64,000 nucleotides of DNA from Pelagomonas calceolata (lineage: Eukaryota), in contig CAKKNE010000004.1 of NCBI GenBank assembly GCA_918797485.1, positions 2,542,001 through 2,606,000 of the forward strand. Direction: 5' to 3'. The position numbers and the translations under genes were made by a program. The stretch's first letter is position 1; every line of letters starts with the position of its first letter. The notes below the pieces were generated by a model. It searched no databases. It saw only the letters and a list, made by a program, of their open reading frames with translations, and was not told the DNA's origin. Shown here piece after piece: positions 31,600 through 42,599 of this stretch.

Positions 31600-33030
31600 A
31601 TGGCGGAGATGGCCATGCAAGACACGGCCATGGACGATTTGGAGATGGACGAGATGTTCGACAAACACCTGGAGGAGCACGAAGCCCCGTTTGATGATGA
31701 TCAAGCCACAGGACGCAGCAACGCAGTCCCGGCGCATGTGCAGCAGCGCCACTCCCAGTTCGACGACGTCGACGACGACGACGCGTCCATGGGCGACCTC
31801 GAGAACTACGAGGAGGCCGAGTACGTGCCTGGGAGTTCGCTGACGCCGCAAGCGTCCCTACCGCCACAAAACGATCCGTTCGGCTTCCAGCGGCAACAAC
31901 CGCAAAGCCAACCCTGGGGCGTGCCGCCGAAGCAAGGCATGAAAAGAGTTGCTAGTAGAGAATTACAACAACCTCCGACGCAAGAGGTGGCGCCTTGTGC
32001 CGCGGACTTTAAAATAATAAGAGTCATCGGCAAGGGGTCGTTTGGCAAAGTCTTCTTAGTGCGACAGGTGCGCACGAACAAGACCTTCGCCATGAAGGTG
32101 CTGAAGAAGGAGAACATCGTTAAGCGCAATCAAGTGGAACATACGCGTACGGAACGTTCGGTATTAGGCTACGTGCGCCACCCCTTCGTCGTGGGTCTGC
32201 AGATGGCCTTCCAGACGAGAGATAAGCTCTTCTTCGTGCTCGATTATTGCGCGGGCGGGGAGTTGTTCTGCCATCTACAAAGACTGGGCAAGTTCGCCGA
32301 GCCTCGGGCTCGCTTCTACACTGCCGAGTTAGTCCTAGCCTTGGCTCATGTGCACGCGTTAGGCGTGGTCTACAGAGATCTGAAACCAGAAAACGTTTTA
32401 CTGGACGCGCGAGGCCACGTGCGCCTGACCGACTTTGGCCTGAGCAAGGAGGGCGTGACGCTCCACGCGAAAGGGGCGCACTCCTTTTGTGGCACGCCGG
32501 AATACTTAGCACCGGAGATCCTAGCGAGACGGGGCCACGGCCGCGCCGTGGACTGGTGGTCGCTCGGCGCTCTATTGTATGAAATGCTCACGGGGCTACC
32601 CCCGTTCTACTCCAGAGATAGGGAGAAGCTGTTCGAGGGCATCAAGCACGGGGAATTGGGCTACCCCGGGCACTTGTCGCCGGACGCGAAGGCTATCTTG
32701 CGGGCGTTGCTGGAGCGGGACCCCGCCAGACGGCTGGGTAGTGGCCCGGGCGACGCGGATGAAATACGAGCGCACACGTTCTTCGCGAGGGTCGACTGGG
32801 ACGCTCTGTTGGACGGCACGGCGCCGCCGCCCTGGCAGCCGACCGTCGTCGGGTCGCTGGATACGTCCCAGTTCGACCGGGAGTTTACTTCCCTCCCGAT
32901 CCACTCGCCGCCGGCGCGGGCGCACGCGATGCCGCCCGGGAGCACGCCCCAGGACGACACGTTCTCGGGCTTCACCTACTCCGAGCGGCGGCTCCACCCC
33001 GGCGCGACGCCGAAGAGCGCGCGGCGCTGA
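31600..33030 (+). CDS. AGC kinase (SGK/S6K/PKB-like)
   Basis: GKGSFG, YRDLKPEN, DFGLSK, SFCGTPEY, FDREFT and hydrophobic motif FSGFTY. Confidence 0.95.
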   Translation: MAEMAMQDTAMDDLEMDEMFDKHLEEHEAPFDDDQATGRSNAVPAHVQQRHSQFDDVDDDDASMGDLENYEEAEYVPGSSLTPQASLPPQNDPFGFQRQQPQSQPWGVPPKQGMKRVASRELQQPPTQEVAPCAADFKIIRVIGKGSFGKVFLVRQVRTNKTFAMKVLKKENIVKRNQVEHTRTERSVLGYVRHPFVVGLQMAFQTRDKLFFVLDYCAGGELFCHLQRLGKFAEPRARFYTAELVLALAHVHALGVVYRDLKPENVLLDARGHVRLTDFGLSKEGVTLHAKGAHSFCGTPEYLAPEILARRGHGRAVDWWSLGALLYEMLTGLPPFYSRDREKLFEGIKHGELGYPGHLSPDAKAILRALLERDPARRLGSGPGDADEIRAHTFFARVDWDALLDGTAPPPWQPTVVGSLDTSQFDREFTSLPIHSPPARAHAMPPGSTPQDDTFSGFTYSERRLHPGATPKSARR

Positions 33031-33101
33031 TGATGGAAATTCCCCCCCGGCCGCCTTCAAGGGGCGCCCGGCCTGCCACTGTTAAACCTAGAAAAATCTA
33101 C

Positions 33102-34076
33102 CTAATCACGACACGCGCCGCGGGCCAGCATGAAGTAGTACTCGTCTCCGTCGAGGTCCTGGCGTCCCCCGATGCGATCCCGGACCCACGTGCCGACGGC
33201 CTCGATGGCCTCGTCGGCGCCGGAGAGTGCTCCCGCGTAGTGGTGCCAGGTGTGGAACATGCCCTGCCACTCCTCGAAGCGGACGCGGCCGCCGGCCTCG
33301 TGGATCCTCCCCGCCATGCGGAGGCCGTCGTCGTAGCAGATTTCCTCCGAGCCCATTTGCACGAGGGTCGGCGCCAGCCCGCGAACGTCCGCGAAGAGGG
33401 GCGACGCGCGTGGGTCGCGCGCAAGCGCCTCGTCGTCGCCGAGGTACATTTGGCGCAGCTCCGGCAACCCGGCGCAGTACGTGAACGGGTCTCGCGCGCG
33501 GCGCGTCGTCAGCGACGGCGAGCTCAGCGTGAAATCGGTGAGCGGCGAAATGGAGACGATGCCGCGGACGGTGACGTCCGCCCCGATGAGAAGGGCGCCG
33601 ACCGACAGGGATAGGTTGCCGCCCACGCTGTCGCCGATCAACACGACGTCGCGGTGCAGCGCGCGGGCGGCCCAGCGCGTCGCGCGGAGGCAGTCGTCGT
33701 GAGCCGCGGGAAAGCGGTGCTCGGGCGCGAGCCGATAGTCGACGTTCAGCACGCGCAGTCGCGAGGCCGCGCCTATGAGCCCAAAGGCCTTGGCGTGCGT
33801 CGCGGCCGAGCAGACGATGAAACCACCGCCGTGGAACGCGACGAGGGTGCCTTGTTCCAACGGGCCTGGCGGCGTGATCAGCTGAGCGCGGACGCCGTCC
33901 GCGTCTATATTTTCGACGAGGTAACCGTGCTCGCGCAACCACGCCGCGTCCGCGTCGACGCGGCCGGCACACAAGACTCGCGTCTCCGCGAGGGGCGTCG
34001 GCTGAATCGCTCTCAGCGTATCGATAATTGCGGTGAGCCGCTCGTCGTTTTTCGGCGTCATGAGAACGCCTTCCAT
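33102..34076 (-). CDS. Alpha/beta hydrolase, HSL (family IV) esterase
   Basis: HGGG oxyanion motif, DYRLAPEH.FPAA, GDSVGG nucleophile elbow, GMFH. Confidence 0.9.
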   Translation of the reverse strand: MEGVLMTPKNDERLTAIIDTLRAIQPTPLAETRVLCAGRVDADAAWLREHGYLVENIDADGVRAQLITPPGPLEQGTLVAFHGGGFIVCSAATHAKAFGLIGAASRLRVLNVDYRLAPEHRFPAAHDDCLRATRWAARALHRDVVLIGDSVGGNLSLSVGALLIGADVTVRGIVSISPLTDFTLSSPSLTTRRARDPFTYCAGLPELRQMYLGDDEALARDPRASPLFADVRGLAPTLVQMGSEEICYDDGLRMAGRIHEAGGRVRFEEWQGMFHTWHHYAGALSGADEAIEAVGTWVRDRIGGRQDLDGDEYYFMLARGACRD

Positions 34077-34116
34077 TTTGATCGATTCGTTGGCGGCTTA
34101 GAGCTAGGAAGAGTAG

Positions 34117-34136
34117 CTAGCGGCAAAAGACACTAG
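34117..34136 (-). promoter_or_regulatory. Recurrent intergenic CTAG-box motif
   Basis: CTAGCGGCAAAAGACACTAG between the divergent esterase and GlyRS genes. Confidence 0.55.
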
Positions 34137-34321
34137 CAAGCCAGGCGCAAGCCTCTTGCAATCGCCACTGCCGTACGTCGTCTGCGTGCAGCACAACGCC
34201 GTCAGAGCAGTGATTCATCACAGCAGCTGTCGCGCACAGCAGCATCGCTGCTTGCGAGAGGCCGTCGTGCAAGAGTAGCTCAAATCGCTGGAGAGCATAG
34301 CCAGCCAATCGAGCAGCAACC

Positions 34322-36690
34322 ATGGCCTCGATCCTCGCGCCCAACATGCATTTTGCAAAAACAGGGTCATATAGCGTCGTCGAGCCCGGCAAGCCGAAAG
34401 AAGCACCAACGCCGTCAACGGGCGGCGGCTCCGCGGCCCTCAGCGCGGCCTGCACGCGCCAAGCTAGTACCGTAAAACAGATGAAGAAGGACGGCAAGCC
34501 CGCCGATCAAATAGAAAAGGCGGTAGAGGAACTCAAGAGACTACGAGCGGAACTCGCCGTAGCGGAAAAAGCCAACGCGGGCCAGGGCACGGAGCACAAC
34601 ATCGATCGAAAGTTGTTTGATGAAACGGTCTTGAGGAGGATGTTCGTGGTCCCGGCCTTCGAGATCCACGGCGGCGTCGCGGGCCTGTTCGACTATGGAC
34701 CCCCGGGTTGCGCGCTCAAGCAAAATATTGTGGACCAGTGGCGCCGTCACTTCGTGCTCGAGGAGAAGATGCTCGAGATGGAGTGCACGTGTCTGACGCC
34801 GGAGCCCGTGTTGAAGACGTCGGGTCATGTGGATAGGTTTACTGATCTCATGGTAAAAGATATTGTTACTGGAGACTGCTACCGCGCGGACAAACTACTC
34901 GAGGATCATATTGATGACTTACTCGAGAAGGGCAACTTTTCGTCGTCCGAGGCGGATGAACACCGCAAGGTCCAGCGGCAGGCCGACGCTTATAGTCCTG
35001 AGGAGTTAGGTGCTATTCTAGAAAAGTACGGCATCAAGGCCACTACCACCGGAAACGACCTCACCAAGCCCTTCGCGTTCAACTTGATGTTCGGGACCAA
35101 GATTGGACCTTCTGGTGCATTAACGGGTTTTCTGCGACCGGAGACGGCCCAAGGCTTGTTTGTCAATTTCAAGCGGTTACTAGATTACAACAATGGGCGG
35201 GTGCCCTTTGCTGCCGCTCAAATAGGCTTGGGCTTTAGGAACGAGATCGCGCCGAAGAACGGCCTGCTGCGCGTGCGCGAGTTCACGATGGCCGAGATCG
35301 AGCATTTTGTATGTTGCCGGCGTCCTTCTACGGCGCCTTGTTCGATGTTGAGCCGTTGCGGACCGCGTCGGGCCGTTGCGGCGTGTCAGAGAGAGCGCGG
35401 TCGCGGCGATGGCGTCGAGGCGATGCCGGATGACAGCCGATGGCGTCGCCGAGAGCCCGTACGCCGTCGACGCGACTCACCCTCCACGAAACGCAGGTCA
35501 AGCCCGACGAGAAGAAGCACCCCAAGTTCGCGAACGTGTCGAACGTGACGATGAAGCTGTTCGACCGCGACGCGCAACTCGGGACCGGTATTGTTTCGAG
35601 CATGACCTGTGGTGATGCCGTTGCCAAGGGCACGATCGCCAACGAAACTTTAGCTTATTTCATGGCCAGAACGCAGTTATTCATGCTGCGGATCGGCATG
35701 AATTCAGAAAAGTTGAGATTCCGGCAACACCTGTCTACCGAGATGGCCCACTACGCCGCGGACTGCTGGGATCTGGAAATACTAACAGCTTATGGCTGGG
35801 TCGAGTGCGTGGGCCACGCGGACCGCGCGTGCTATGATCTGACGGTGCATGCGAAAGCTACCAATACGTCGGTCGAGGCCCAAAAAATGCTCGACAAAGC
35901 TGTGGAGGTTTTACAACTCACAGTGAAGCCTGATAGAAAAACGATCGGCATGACCTTCAAGAAGGACCAGAAGGCCGTCTGTTCAGCACTTGAGGGATTA
36001 GATTCCGACAAGGCTGCTGAAGTAGAAAAGGCCCACTCTGCGGGTCAGCCTTACGAGCTAGACGGGTTTAGTATTGCACCGGGCATGGTCTTATTTACGC
36101 GCAAGAAGAAGATGGTGCAGGTCGTGAAATTCACGCCTTCCGTGATCGAACCTTCGTTCGGGGTTGGGCGCATTTTACACGCTCTCTTGGAGCATTCTTT
36201 CTCTGTCCGAAAGGAAGATGCGCAGCGCGTCGTCTTCCAGTTCGCGCCGGTCGTCGCGCCCATCAAGTGCGGCGTCTACAATCTACAGAGTGGTTCGAAG
36301 TTCCCGCCTATTGTTACAAGAGTAGTAGACTTACTGACGCAAGCGGGCATCTCCACGAAGGCGGACACGTCGGGCCAGTCTGTTGGCAGAAGGTACGCGC
36401 GCGCGGATGAATTAGGCGTGCCGTTTGGCGTGACCGTCGACTTTGACACTGTTGAAGATGATACTGTTACCTTGAGAGAAAGGGACTCGATGACGCAAAG
36501 AAGGGTGCCCATCGCCGCGTTGCCGGGGTTGTTGCGGGAGTTGTGTGGGCTGGACGGCGACGTCGTGGCGTGGAAGGACGCGTTGTCGGCGTACCCGGAG
36601 GTCGGTGCTTCGGAGGCGTCGGGGCCCATTACTTTGGAGACGACGTCGCGCGGCGTCTTCTCGCGGCCGGCGGCGCTGGTGAAGAAGTGA
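34322..36690 (+). CDS. GARS1: Glycyl-tRNA synthetase (eukaryotic homodimeric type, WHEP domain)
   Basis: LRPETAQG, FRNEI..GLLRVREF, IEPSFG.GR and GRRYARADE; GT-AG intron 35309-35496 (EHF|VKP). Confidence 0.97.
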
Positions 36691-36737
36691 GGGGCGCGTG
36701 GGGTATAAGCTTACTCATCTTAGCCGTATTGGTTCTC

Positions 36738-37139
36738 CTACGAATTCATGGCGCGATGCCATACTTCCGCGAGCCGCCAGAATAGATCATCGTCCGACAA
36801 TGATGTAGCCCCGGGGGAGTTCTCCCGCACTCGGGCCAGCTCCTCGTCGTAGTCGAACCCGTACGCCTCTATCTCCATCCTAAGGATTCTTTCCGTGTCC
36901 CGGCGCACCGTGCGGCGATCTTGCTCCCCAAACTTGTCCTCGTACTCCTGCGTCCCCGGCTTGAGCACCTCGAGGCCCTCGATGCACACGTCAGGCGGCG
37001 GCTCCGTGAGCTCGCCGCGGCGGAAACTCTCAAGAGGTCCCCCGGGCTTGTCGAGTTGCCCAACTCTAGCAGATAATCTCCAATAGGCATCGTTCGTTCG
37101 CCTCTGCCTCGTTTCGGCCTCGTCGCACCAGCCTTGCAC
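36738..37139 (-). CDS. Hypothetical ORF lacking an early ATG; possible gene fragment
   Basis: Coding-like acidic 133-aa frame; no recognisable domain. Confidence 0.35.
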   Translation of the reverse strand: MQGWCDEAETRQRRTNDAYWRLSARVGQLDKPGGPLESFRRGELTEPPPDVCIEGLEVLKPGTQEYEDKFGEQDRRTVRRDTERILRMEIEAYGFDYDEELARVRENSPGATSLSDDDLFWRLAEVWHRAMNS

Positions 37140-37219
37140 GAAACGCGACGCCTTGTCTATGGGCGCGGCCGGACGAGTTCCCGCGGGAGTCGGACGAGCA
37201 CGAGTACGAGCACCTCGCC

Positions 37220-37933
37220 GTGTGGGAACCGACGGACGTGTCTTTCGATGTCCCTATTCCCATCGTGCCACCTGAGGCAGTGACGGAGGCAGACCCGTAT
37301 GAAGACGCGGCTGCAGGAATTCAGACAGCGTGCTATCTGGTCAGTCCCGAGACGTGGGAAATAAAGGTCCTCTGGCGCCACGGATTACCGCCGCGGGACC
37401 GCGGCGTTGCGACGATTACCCGTGGTAGGGAGGAAGGAATAATTGCGACGGGAAATCACGGCGCGGGCGTCTACCACGTCGGCGTCGCGCCGCCGCCGGC
37501 GGGGCCGCCGCGCGCGCACGGCGGTCGCCGCGTCTACGCCACGCAGCCGACCGGCTTCTGCCGCTTCAGAGCTACCGATGATCTTCGAATGCACCTTTTC
37601 CGCTTCGCCGTCAACTTTGCGCCGGCAACTAGGGAGTACCGCGGCCGCGGCCACCTCGCCAGGCTGCTGAAAAACGTCATGGAGCGCGAGACCTCCGCGC
37701 GGCGCCTGCCGCCGGCGAGGAGGTCCGCCGAGGTCTACCTCCAGCGGCGCGTCGCGATCCTCGAGAAGCAGGTCAAGTCCCTGCGACTGGCCGCCGGGGC
37801 GCTCGCCGAGGCGGCCTACCTCGGGGACACGCTGGAGCCGTCGGACTCGGAGGACGAGATGGAGGCGGAGAGCGACCTTGACAACGGCGACGAGGAGGTC
37901 ACTGATCTCGTCTCGGACGGCGAGGACGCGTAG
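37220..37933 (+). CDS. Hypothetical ORF, 5' end unclear
   Basis: Coding-like 237-aa frame with coiled coil and acidic tail; open from 37070 without an early ATG. Confidence 0.45.
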   Translation: MWEPTDVSFDVPIPIVPPEAVTEADPYEDAAAGIQTACYLVSPETWEIKVLWRHGLPPRDRGVATITRGREEGIIATGNHGAGVYHVGVAPPPAGPPRAHGGRRVYATQPTGFCRFRATDDLRMHLFRFAVNFAPATREYRGRGHLARLLKNVMERETSARRLPPARRSAEVYLQRRVAILEKQVKSLRLAAGALAEAAYLGDTLEPSDSEDEMEAESDLDNGDEEVTDLVSDGEDA

Positions 37934-37965
37934 ATGGGTAAAACCAAAACACAGTGTTAAACAGA

Positions 37966-40900
37966 TCAGATCTCAAGGAAGCTCCCGAGGGCCCCGATGT
38001 CTGACAGGTCCGACGACTCCGAGGCGGCGGACGAGTCGTCGTCCGATTCTGAGGCGACGAACGATCTCGGCGTCCCCGGCCCGCTCCGCGACCCGCTCCG
38101 CGGCGAAAGCACGCGTGGTGACGGCACGCTGTTGGACCGCGGCGTCGCCGGCCCGCTCCGCGGCGACGCCGCGGGCCGGCGCCGGCGCCAGACGCGCGTC
38201 GCCACGGGCGCCACGTAGACGACGGAACAGGGCGGGAGCAGCACCGCGCCGCGCGCGCCGGGCAGCCGCACCTGACATAATAAAGTGCCGTCCGCCCGCT
38301 TGACGACGCGGTCCAGCAAGTCCACGGGACCGAACGGCGAGCCGACGGGGCACGGCGCCCTACAAATATCGGCCTTCTCGCAGATGACGCGCGCGCGCCA
38401 GAACGTCCGGCAGACGACGCGCCGCGGTTGCGCCGGGTCCGCCGCGGGCCGCCGCGCTTCCACGACGGCCGGGCCCCACTTCGTCGAGACGACGGCGCCG
38501 ATTCTCAGCCGCGGCGCGTCGTCCTCGTCGGACGTCTCCAGGTCCAGCGGCGCCCGCGCGAGCGACGCGTCCACCAAACGGCTCAGCTGCCCCATAACTT
38601 CCAACGCCTCGGCCGCGTCCTCGTGCGGCGCGCAGCCGACGTGCACGCGCAGCGCGTCGCCGTGCGCGCGGGCGCACGCGATCGCCGCCTCGGCGGCGGC
38701 GAGGGCGCCCTCCAAGGCGTCTAGCTCGGCGTCCAACCGTTCGCCCGCTTGCCGGCGCCTTGATGGAGTCAGGTGAGGCGGCAGGGGGCCCTGGTCAATT
38801 GTCTTCTTCTTGAGCACGGGCTTGGAGGTCAGCGCCGCGAGCAGCCCGGCCCGCGCGCCGTCTACTGAAGGGGGCTTCTTTGTGAAGAGTTGTCGTTCCA
38901 CGGGCGGCGGCTCCGGCTGCTTCTTCGCGAGGGCCTCGAGATAACCAAGCGCACTTGGGAACGCAACGGCCGCCGACGCCAGCGCGAGCACGCGCTCGAC
39001 GAGCCCAAAGAACGGGTTCCGCGGGTCGCTCGGCTCCATGAGCCGCGGGTCCTCGGACGGCGGCGCGTAGCACGACGCGCCGTTGGTGCTCGGTCGCGTT
39101 ACAGGAGCGCGCCGGTTTCGATCCTGTAGCGCGTGCGACGCCCACTGCTGCGCCGCGCGTAACACACCAAAAGGCGCGGTGCCCTCTTTGGAAGATAAAA
39201 TAGCGGACGCGATGCGCTGCGGCGGCCGCCAGGAGCCGTGCTTTTTGGTCTTGGGCCGTTTGACGTCGGTCGGCGCCGGCGCCGGCGCAAAGTCCAGCCG
39301 GTCCGCCCGGATCTTGCGAGCGCGCTCGACCTGGGCCTTGCGCTTCGCGGCCCAGTCCTGGGGCGTTTCTTTCGGCGGCGGCGACTTCGTGCGCATGCGC
39401 TCGCAGTAGGCGTCCGCGTCGCGCGCGGCCGCGCAGAGGACGCCCAGGGCCACGAGGGCCGCCTTCTCCGCCCGCGCTTGTTTTAGGGACGTGCGGACCT
39501 TCGATGCGAGCGTCTCCTCGCGCGCCATGGCCGCGCGCTCTTTCATACCAGCGGCGTCCAACGCCCTCCGCGCGTCGGCCGCCGCCTTCGCCGCGCGCTC
39601 CCGATCACCATCTAATCTACGTTTCTCGGCCGCCCGCGCTGCTGAGATCGCCTTTTCCGCTTCGGCGCGCTCGCCCTCGAACTGAGAGGCGCGGTCAGCT
39701 CTGGCCACCGCCCTAGCTGCTGCAACCCTCCTCCTCAGCGTGGACACGACGGCGGCGAGCTCGTTGGGCTCGCCGCGGTGCGCGCACTGCTTGAGGCCGC
39801 CGTGGACGACGCGTCTTGAAACGACGGTCTCGGCGCAGGCCGGGTCCTCCCCGAAACACGCCGGGAGCCACCGCGCCGCCCTCACCAAATCGCGCCGCTG
39901 CCTCCGGTGGCGCCGCTTCTGGGATGGCGACGCGAGGCCACCATCATCTTCATCTTCATCAGAAGACGATGACGACGCCTCCGGCTCCGACTCGCCGCCG
40001 TCATCTGACAAAGTGACCTTCTTCGACGCTTCCAGGCGCCGCCGCCTTCGAGACCGCGCCGCCACCAAGACGTCGCCCCGCGCGAAGGGCCCGGCGAAGC
40101 ACAGCGCCGTCCGCCGCTCGCCCCGTCTTGATAAAACGTCCACGACAAAATCCAGCAGCGTCCGCCGGTGGCGCTCCTCGCCGTCGGCGCGCGTGCGCGC
40201 GAGGGCGAGCAGCGACCCGAGCTCGATGCCCGAACTTTCATTCAAACGCGTCGCGTTCGCGGCGCCCAACAAAGTGGCGAGGAAGCGCGCCAGACTTTGA
40301 GAACTGCGGACGGCGCGGCAGGCCTTGCAGCGCAGGGCGGCGTCCACTAACACGACGGCGAGGCGCGGGAGCGCCGTCTCCAATAATAACAGAGCGTCGG
40401 CGCGCTGTCTACATAAGGGAATGGCGCCCAGCTCCGCCAGCGCCGCCTCGGCTTGCGTACTGCCTTCATATACTCCGGAAGGGCGGAAGACGAGCTTTTC
40501 TCTTTCATGATCCGTCGGCGCGATCGCTATGATCAACTCGAGCTGGTCCACACTCAAACCGCCGCCCATGAGCGCCTCGCAACATGACCTAGCTGACGGG
40601 AAGCGCCCTTCCCCGGAGCCGACGAGCTTGCCGAGCATGATCCCCACGTTCATGGCGCGCCGCGCGTCCAGCGTCGTCGTCTTCGGAGGGGCGACCTTCT
40701 TCTCGACAACAGCCGTCGTCATGACGCTGCGGCGGCTTTGCACGATGGGCGCGCGCTCGCCGAAGGCCGACTTGAGGCGCGCGAAGTCCCTCGAGCTCTT
40801 GTCGAAGGGCGACGCGAGGTGCTCCGCGGCGTACAGCGACCGCTCCGCACTTTGGGGGTCCAGCGCGTTCCAGTGGAGCCGCCGGAAGCCAGTTCTCGGT

Positions 40901-41820
40901 GGCGGTGCGCTTCTAGCCTTCTCCTTTTGTTGGGGCGTCGCCTTCGTCGTGGCCTTGACAGGGACCGGGGTATTCACTTGACCGGCCATGACGGCGCATT
41001 TATCGGCAACAACACCGTCATCTTTCATCTTCTGGGCTACGGCCGTGCGCGGCACGCCAACACTCAACATCTTGAAGTAGCGCGCTAAGGATTCGTCGGC
41101 GAACAACGCCGATAGTGCTGGGTCATTTCTACAGGCGGCGGGGACCGGCTTCGATGGAGGTGGTGGTGGTACGACGACCGGTGCAGGTGCGGCAACGATG
41201 GGTACGGGCGACCGCGTCCGCACGCTATCCGTGTCAGAGTATGCCGCCTTCGACGCCGACGGCTGGCCCGGCACGCGCTTGCAGAGCTCCGCCGTCACCA
41301 GCAAACCGCAGCGCGATGAAACGGGCCCGAAGTACCGCCGCCCCTCGACCTCGCCGTCGTGCGTCCCATAGGGCAGGTCCAATTCGATGCCGCACCAGAC
41401 CTGTCGACCGGACGAAAAGGCCGTCGGGCCCAGGAACTTTAGGACACCACAGTCCAGTCGTCTCGGTCGGCCCTTCCGATCAAACACGTCGACCCTACAA
41501 CCGAGGTAGAGCGGCTCGCGCACCTCCTCTTGTTCGTACACCACTGGTGACGGCCGCGGTTTTTCGGGTGTGCCGTTCCTCAAATAGTCGACGTAGGAGT
41601 GGCGCCGCTCCGGCACCGGCGACCGCCGTCTCACGGCTCCTGGTGGTAAACTGGAACCGAAGGCGTGCTTGCTCGGCCGGCGCTCGTTCCGTGTCGAAAA
41701 GGTCGCTCGTCTCGTCTTCGCCCGCAGCGCCGCGCGCGCCGCAGCTCTTAATGCCGCGTCGTCGGGCTCCTGCGACCGCGTGCCCGTGCGCAGGCGCGGC
41801 GGGCGCAGGGGGGTGTCCAT
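37966..41820 (-). CDS. CAP-Gly domain formin-like protein
   Basis: WCGIELD..GTHDG.V.G..YF (CAP-Gly); YFKML.VGVP (WASHC3-like); FRRLHWNAL and LDARRAMNVGIML (FH2). Confidence 0.85.
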   Translation of the reverse strand: MDTPLRPPRLRTGTRSQEPDDAALRAAARAALRAKTRRATFSTRNERRPSKHAFGSSLPPGAVRRRSPVPERRHSYVDYLRNGTPEKPRPSPVVYEQEEVREPLYLGCRVDVFDRKGRPRRLDCGVLKFLGPTAFSSGRQVWCGIELDLPYGTHDGEVEGRRYFGPVSSRCGLLVTAELCKRVPGQPSASKAAYSDTDSVRTRSPVPIVAAPAPVVVPPPPPSKPVPAACRNDPALSALFADESLARYFKMLSVGVPRTAVAQKMKDDGVVADKCAVMAGQVNTPVPVKATTKATPQQKEKARSAPPPRTGFRRLHWNALDPQSAERSLYAAEHLASPFDKSSRDFARLKSAFGERAPIVQSRRSVMTTAVVEKKVAPPKTTTLDARRAMNVGIMLGKLVGSGEGRFPSARSCCEALMGGGLSVDQLELIIAIAPTDHEREKLVFRPSGVYEGSTQAEAALAELGAIPLCRQRADALLLLETALPRLAVVLVDAALRCKACRAVRSSQSLARFLATLLGAANATRLNESSGIELGSLLALARTRADGEERHRRTLLDFVVDVLSRRGERRTALCFAGPFARGDVLVAARSRRRRRLEASKKVTLSDDGGESEPEASSSSSDEDEDDGGLASPSQKRRHRRQRRDLVRAARWLPACFGEDPACAETVVSRRVVHGGLKQCAHRGEPNELAAVVSTLRRRVAAARAVARADRASQFEGERAEAEKAISAARAAEKRRLDGDRERAAKAAADARRALDAAGMKERAAMAREETLASKVRTSLKQARAEKAALVALGVLCAAARDADAYCERMRTKSPPPKETPQDWAAKRKAQVERARKIRADRLDFAPAPAPTDVKRPKTKKHGSWRPPQRIASAILSSKEGTAPFGVLRAAQQWASHALQDRNRRAPVTRPSTNGASCYAPPSEDPRLMEPSDPRNPFFGLVERVLALASAAVAFPSALGYLEALAKKQPEPPPVERQLFTKKPPSVDGARAGLLAALTSKPVLKKKTIDQGPLPPHLTPSRRRQAGERLDAELDALEGALAAAEAAIACARAHGDALRVHVGCAPHEDAAEALEVMGQLSRLVDASLARAPLDLETSDEDDAPRLRIGAVVSTKWGPAVVEARRPAADPAQPRRVVCRTFWRARVICEKADICRAPCPVGSPFGPVDLLDRVVKRADGTLLCQVRLPGARGAVLLPPCSVVYVAPVATRVWRRRRPAASPRSGPATPRSNSVPSPRVLSPRSGSRSGPGTPRSFVASESDDDSSAASESSDLSDIGALGSFLEI

Positions 41821-41959
41821 TGTTATGCTGGCGCTAGCGGATGCCGCGGCCGCTGAGGCATGTGCGCCATCATCAGAGAGAGTGCAGGTATGATGCGTGC
41901 GTGCGAGGCGGCTGCCCCGATGCCGCTTTCGGCTGCTTTCACGCCTTTTTTTTTCGTCG

Positions 41960-41981
41960 CTAGTGTGTTACATGCCGCTAG
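41960..41981 (+). promoter_or_regulatory. Recurrent intergenic CTAG-box motif
   Basis: CTAGTGTGTTACATGCCGCTAG between divergent genes. Confidence 0.6.
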
Positions 41982-42092
41982 CCACCTCCGTCGCCGCGCT
42001 TGCGTGTGCTTGTCGAGGGGCACCGATTGCTGCATCCTCTTTTGTTTGAAAGCTGGAAACAGCTAGTGCACAGCCGAGGCCACGAAGAGAAG

Positions 42093-42599
42093 ATGCGCGT
42101 CTTCGCTCTTTCCTTATGCCTGCTGACTGGCACTGCACTCGCACCACCCCAGCGCCGGCTCGGGAAAGTGACGGCGCAGCGATCTGCCGCCGGTGAACCA
42201 GCACCGCAGCCGTACGCCCTCGACGACGCGCGGCCGCGGTCCGCCGCGGCGCTGGCCGCGCTCGCGACGGCCGCGGCGCCGCTCGCGTGCTACGCCGCCG
42301 CGCCGGCCTGGGTCGAGCCCGTGTCGAACGTTTTAGATCCGTGCTTCTTCATCATCCAGTTCATCATGCTGCTGCGCGTCATCATCAGCTGGTTCCCCGA
42401 GACGGACGTGAACGAAATGCCGTGGGTGCTCGTCTGCGCGCCGACCGAGGGGCTGCTCAAAATTACCAGAGATATCGTGCCGCCGTCGTTCGGCGTCGAC
42501 ATCAGTCCCGTCGTCTGGATCGCCGTCGCCTCGTTCCTGCGGGAGATCCTGCTCGGGCAGCAGGGCATCCTCGTGCTCATGGCGCAGGGGCGCATGTAG
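42093..42599 (+). CDS. Plastid YGGT-family membrane protein (CCB3-like)
   Basis: LRVIISWFP, PTEGLL..TR..VPP.FGVDISPVVW; bipartite signal and transit leader. Confidence 0.9.
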   Translation: MRVFALSLCLLTGTALAPPQRRLGKVTAQRSAAGEPAPQPYALDDARPRSAAALAALATAAAPLACYAAAPAWVEPVSNVLDPCFFIIQFIMLLRVIISWFPETDVNEMPWVLVCAPTEGLLKITRDIVPPSFGVDISPVVWIAVASFLREILLGQQGILVLMAQGRM

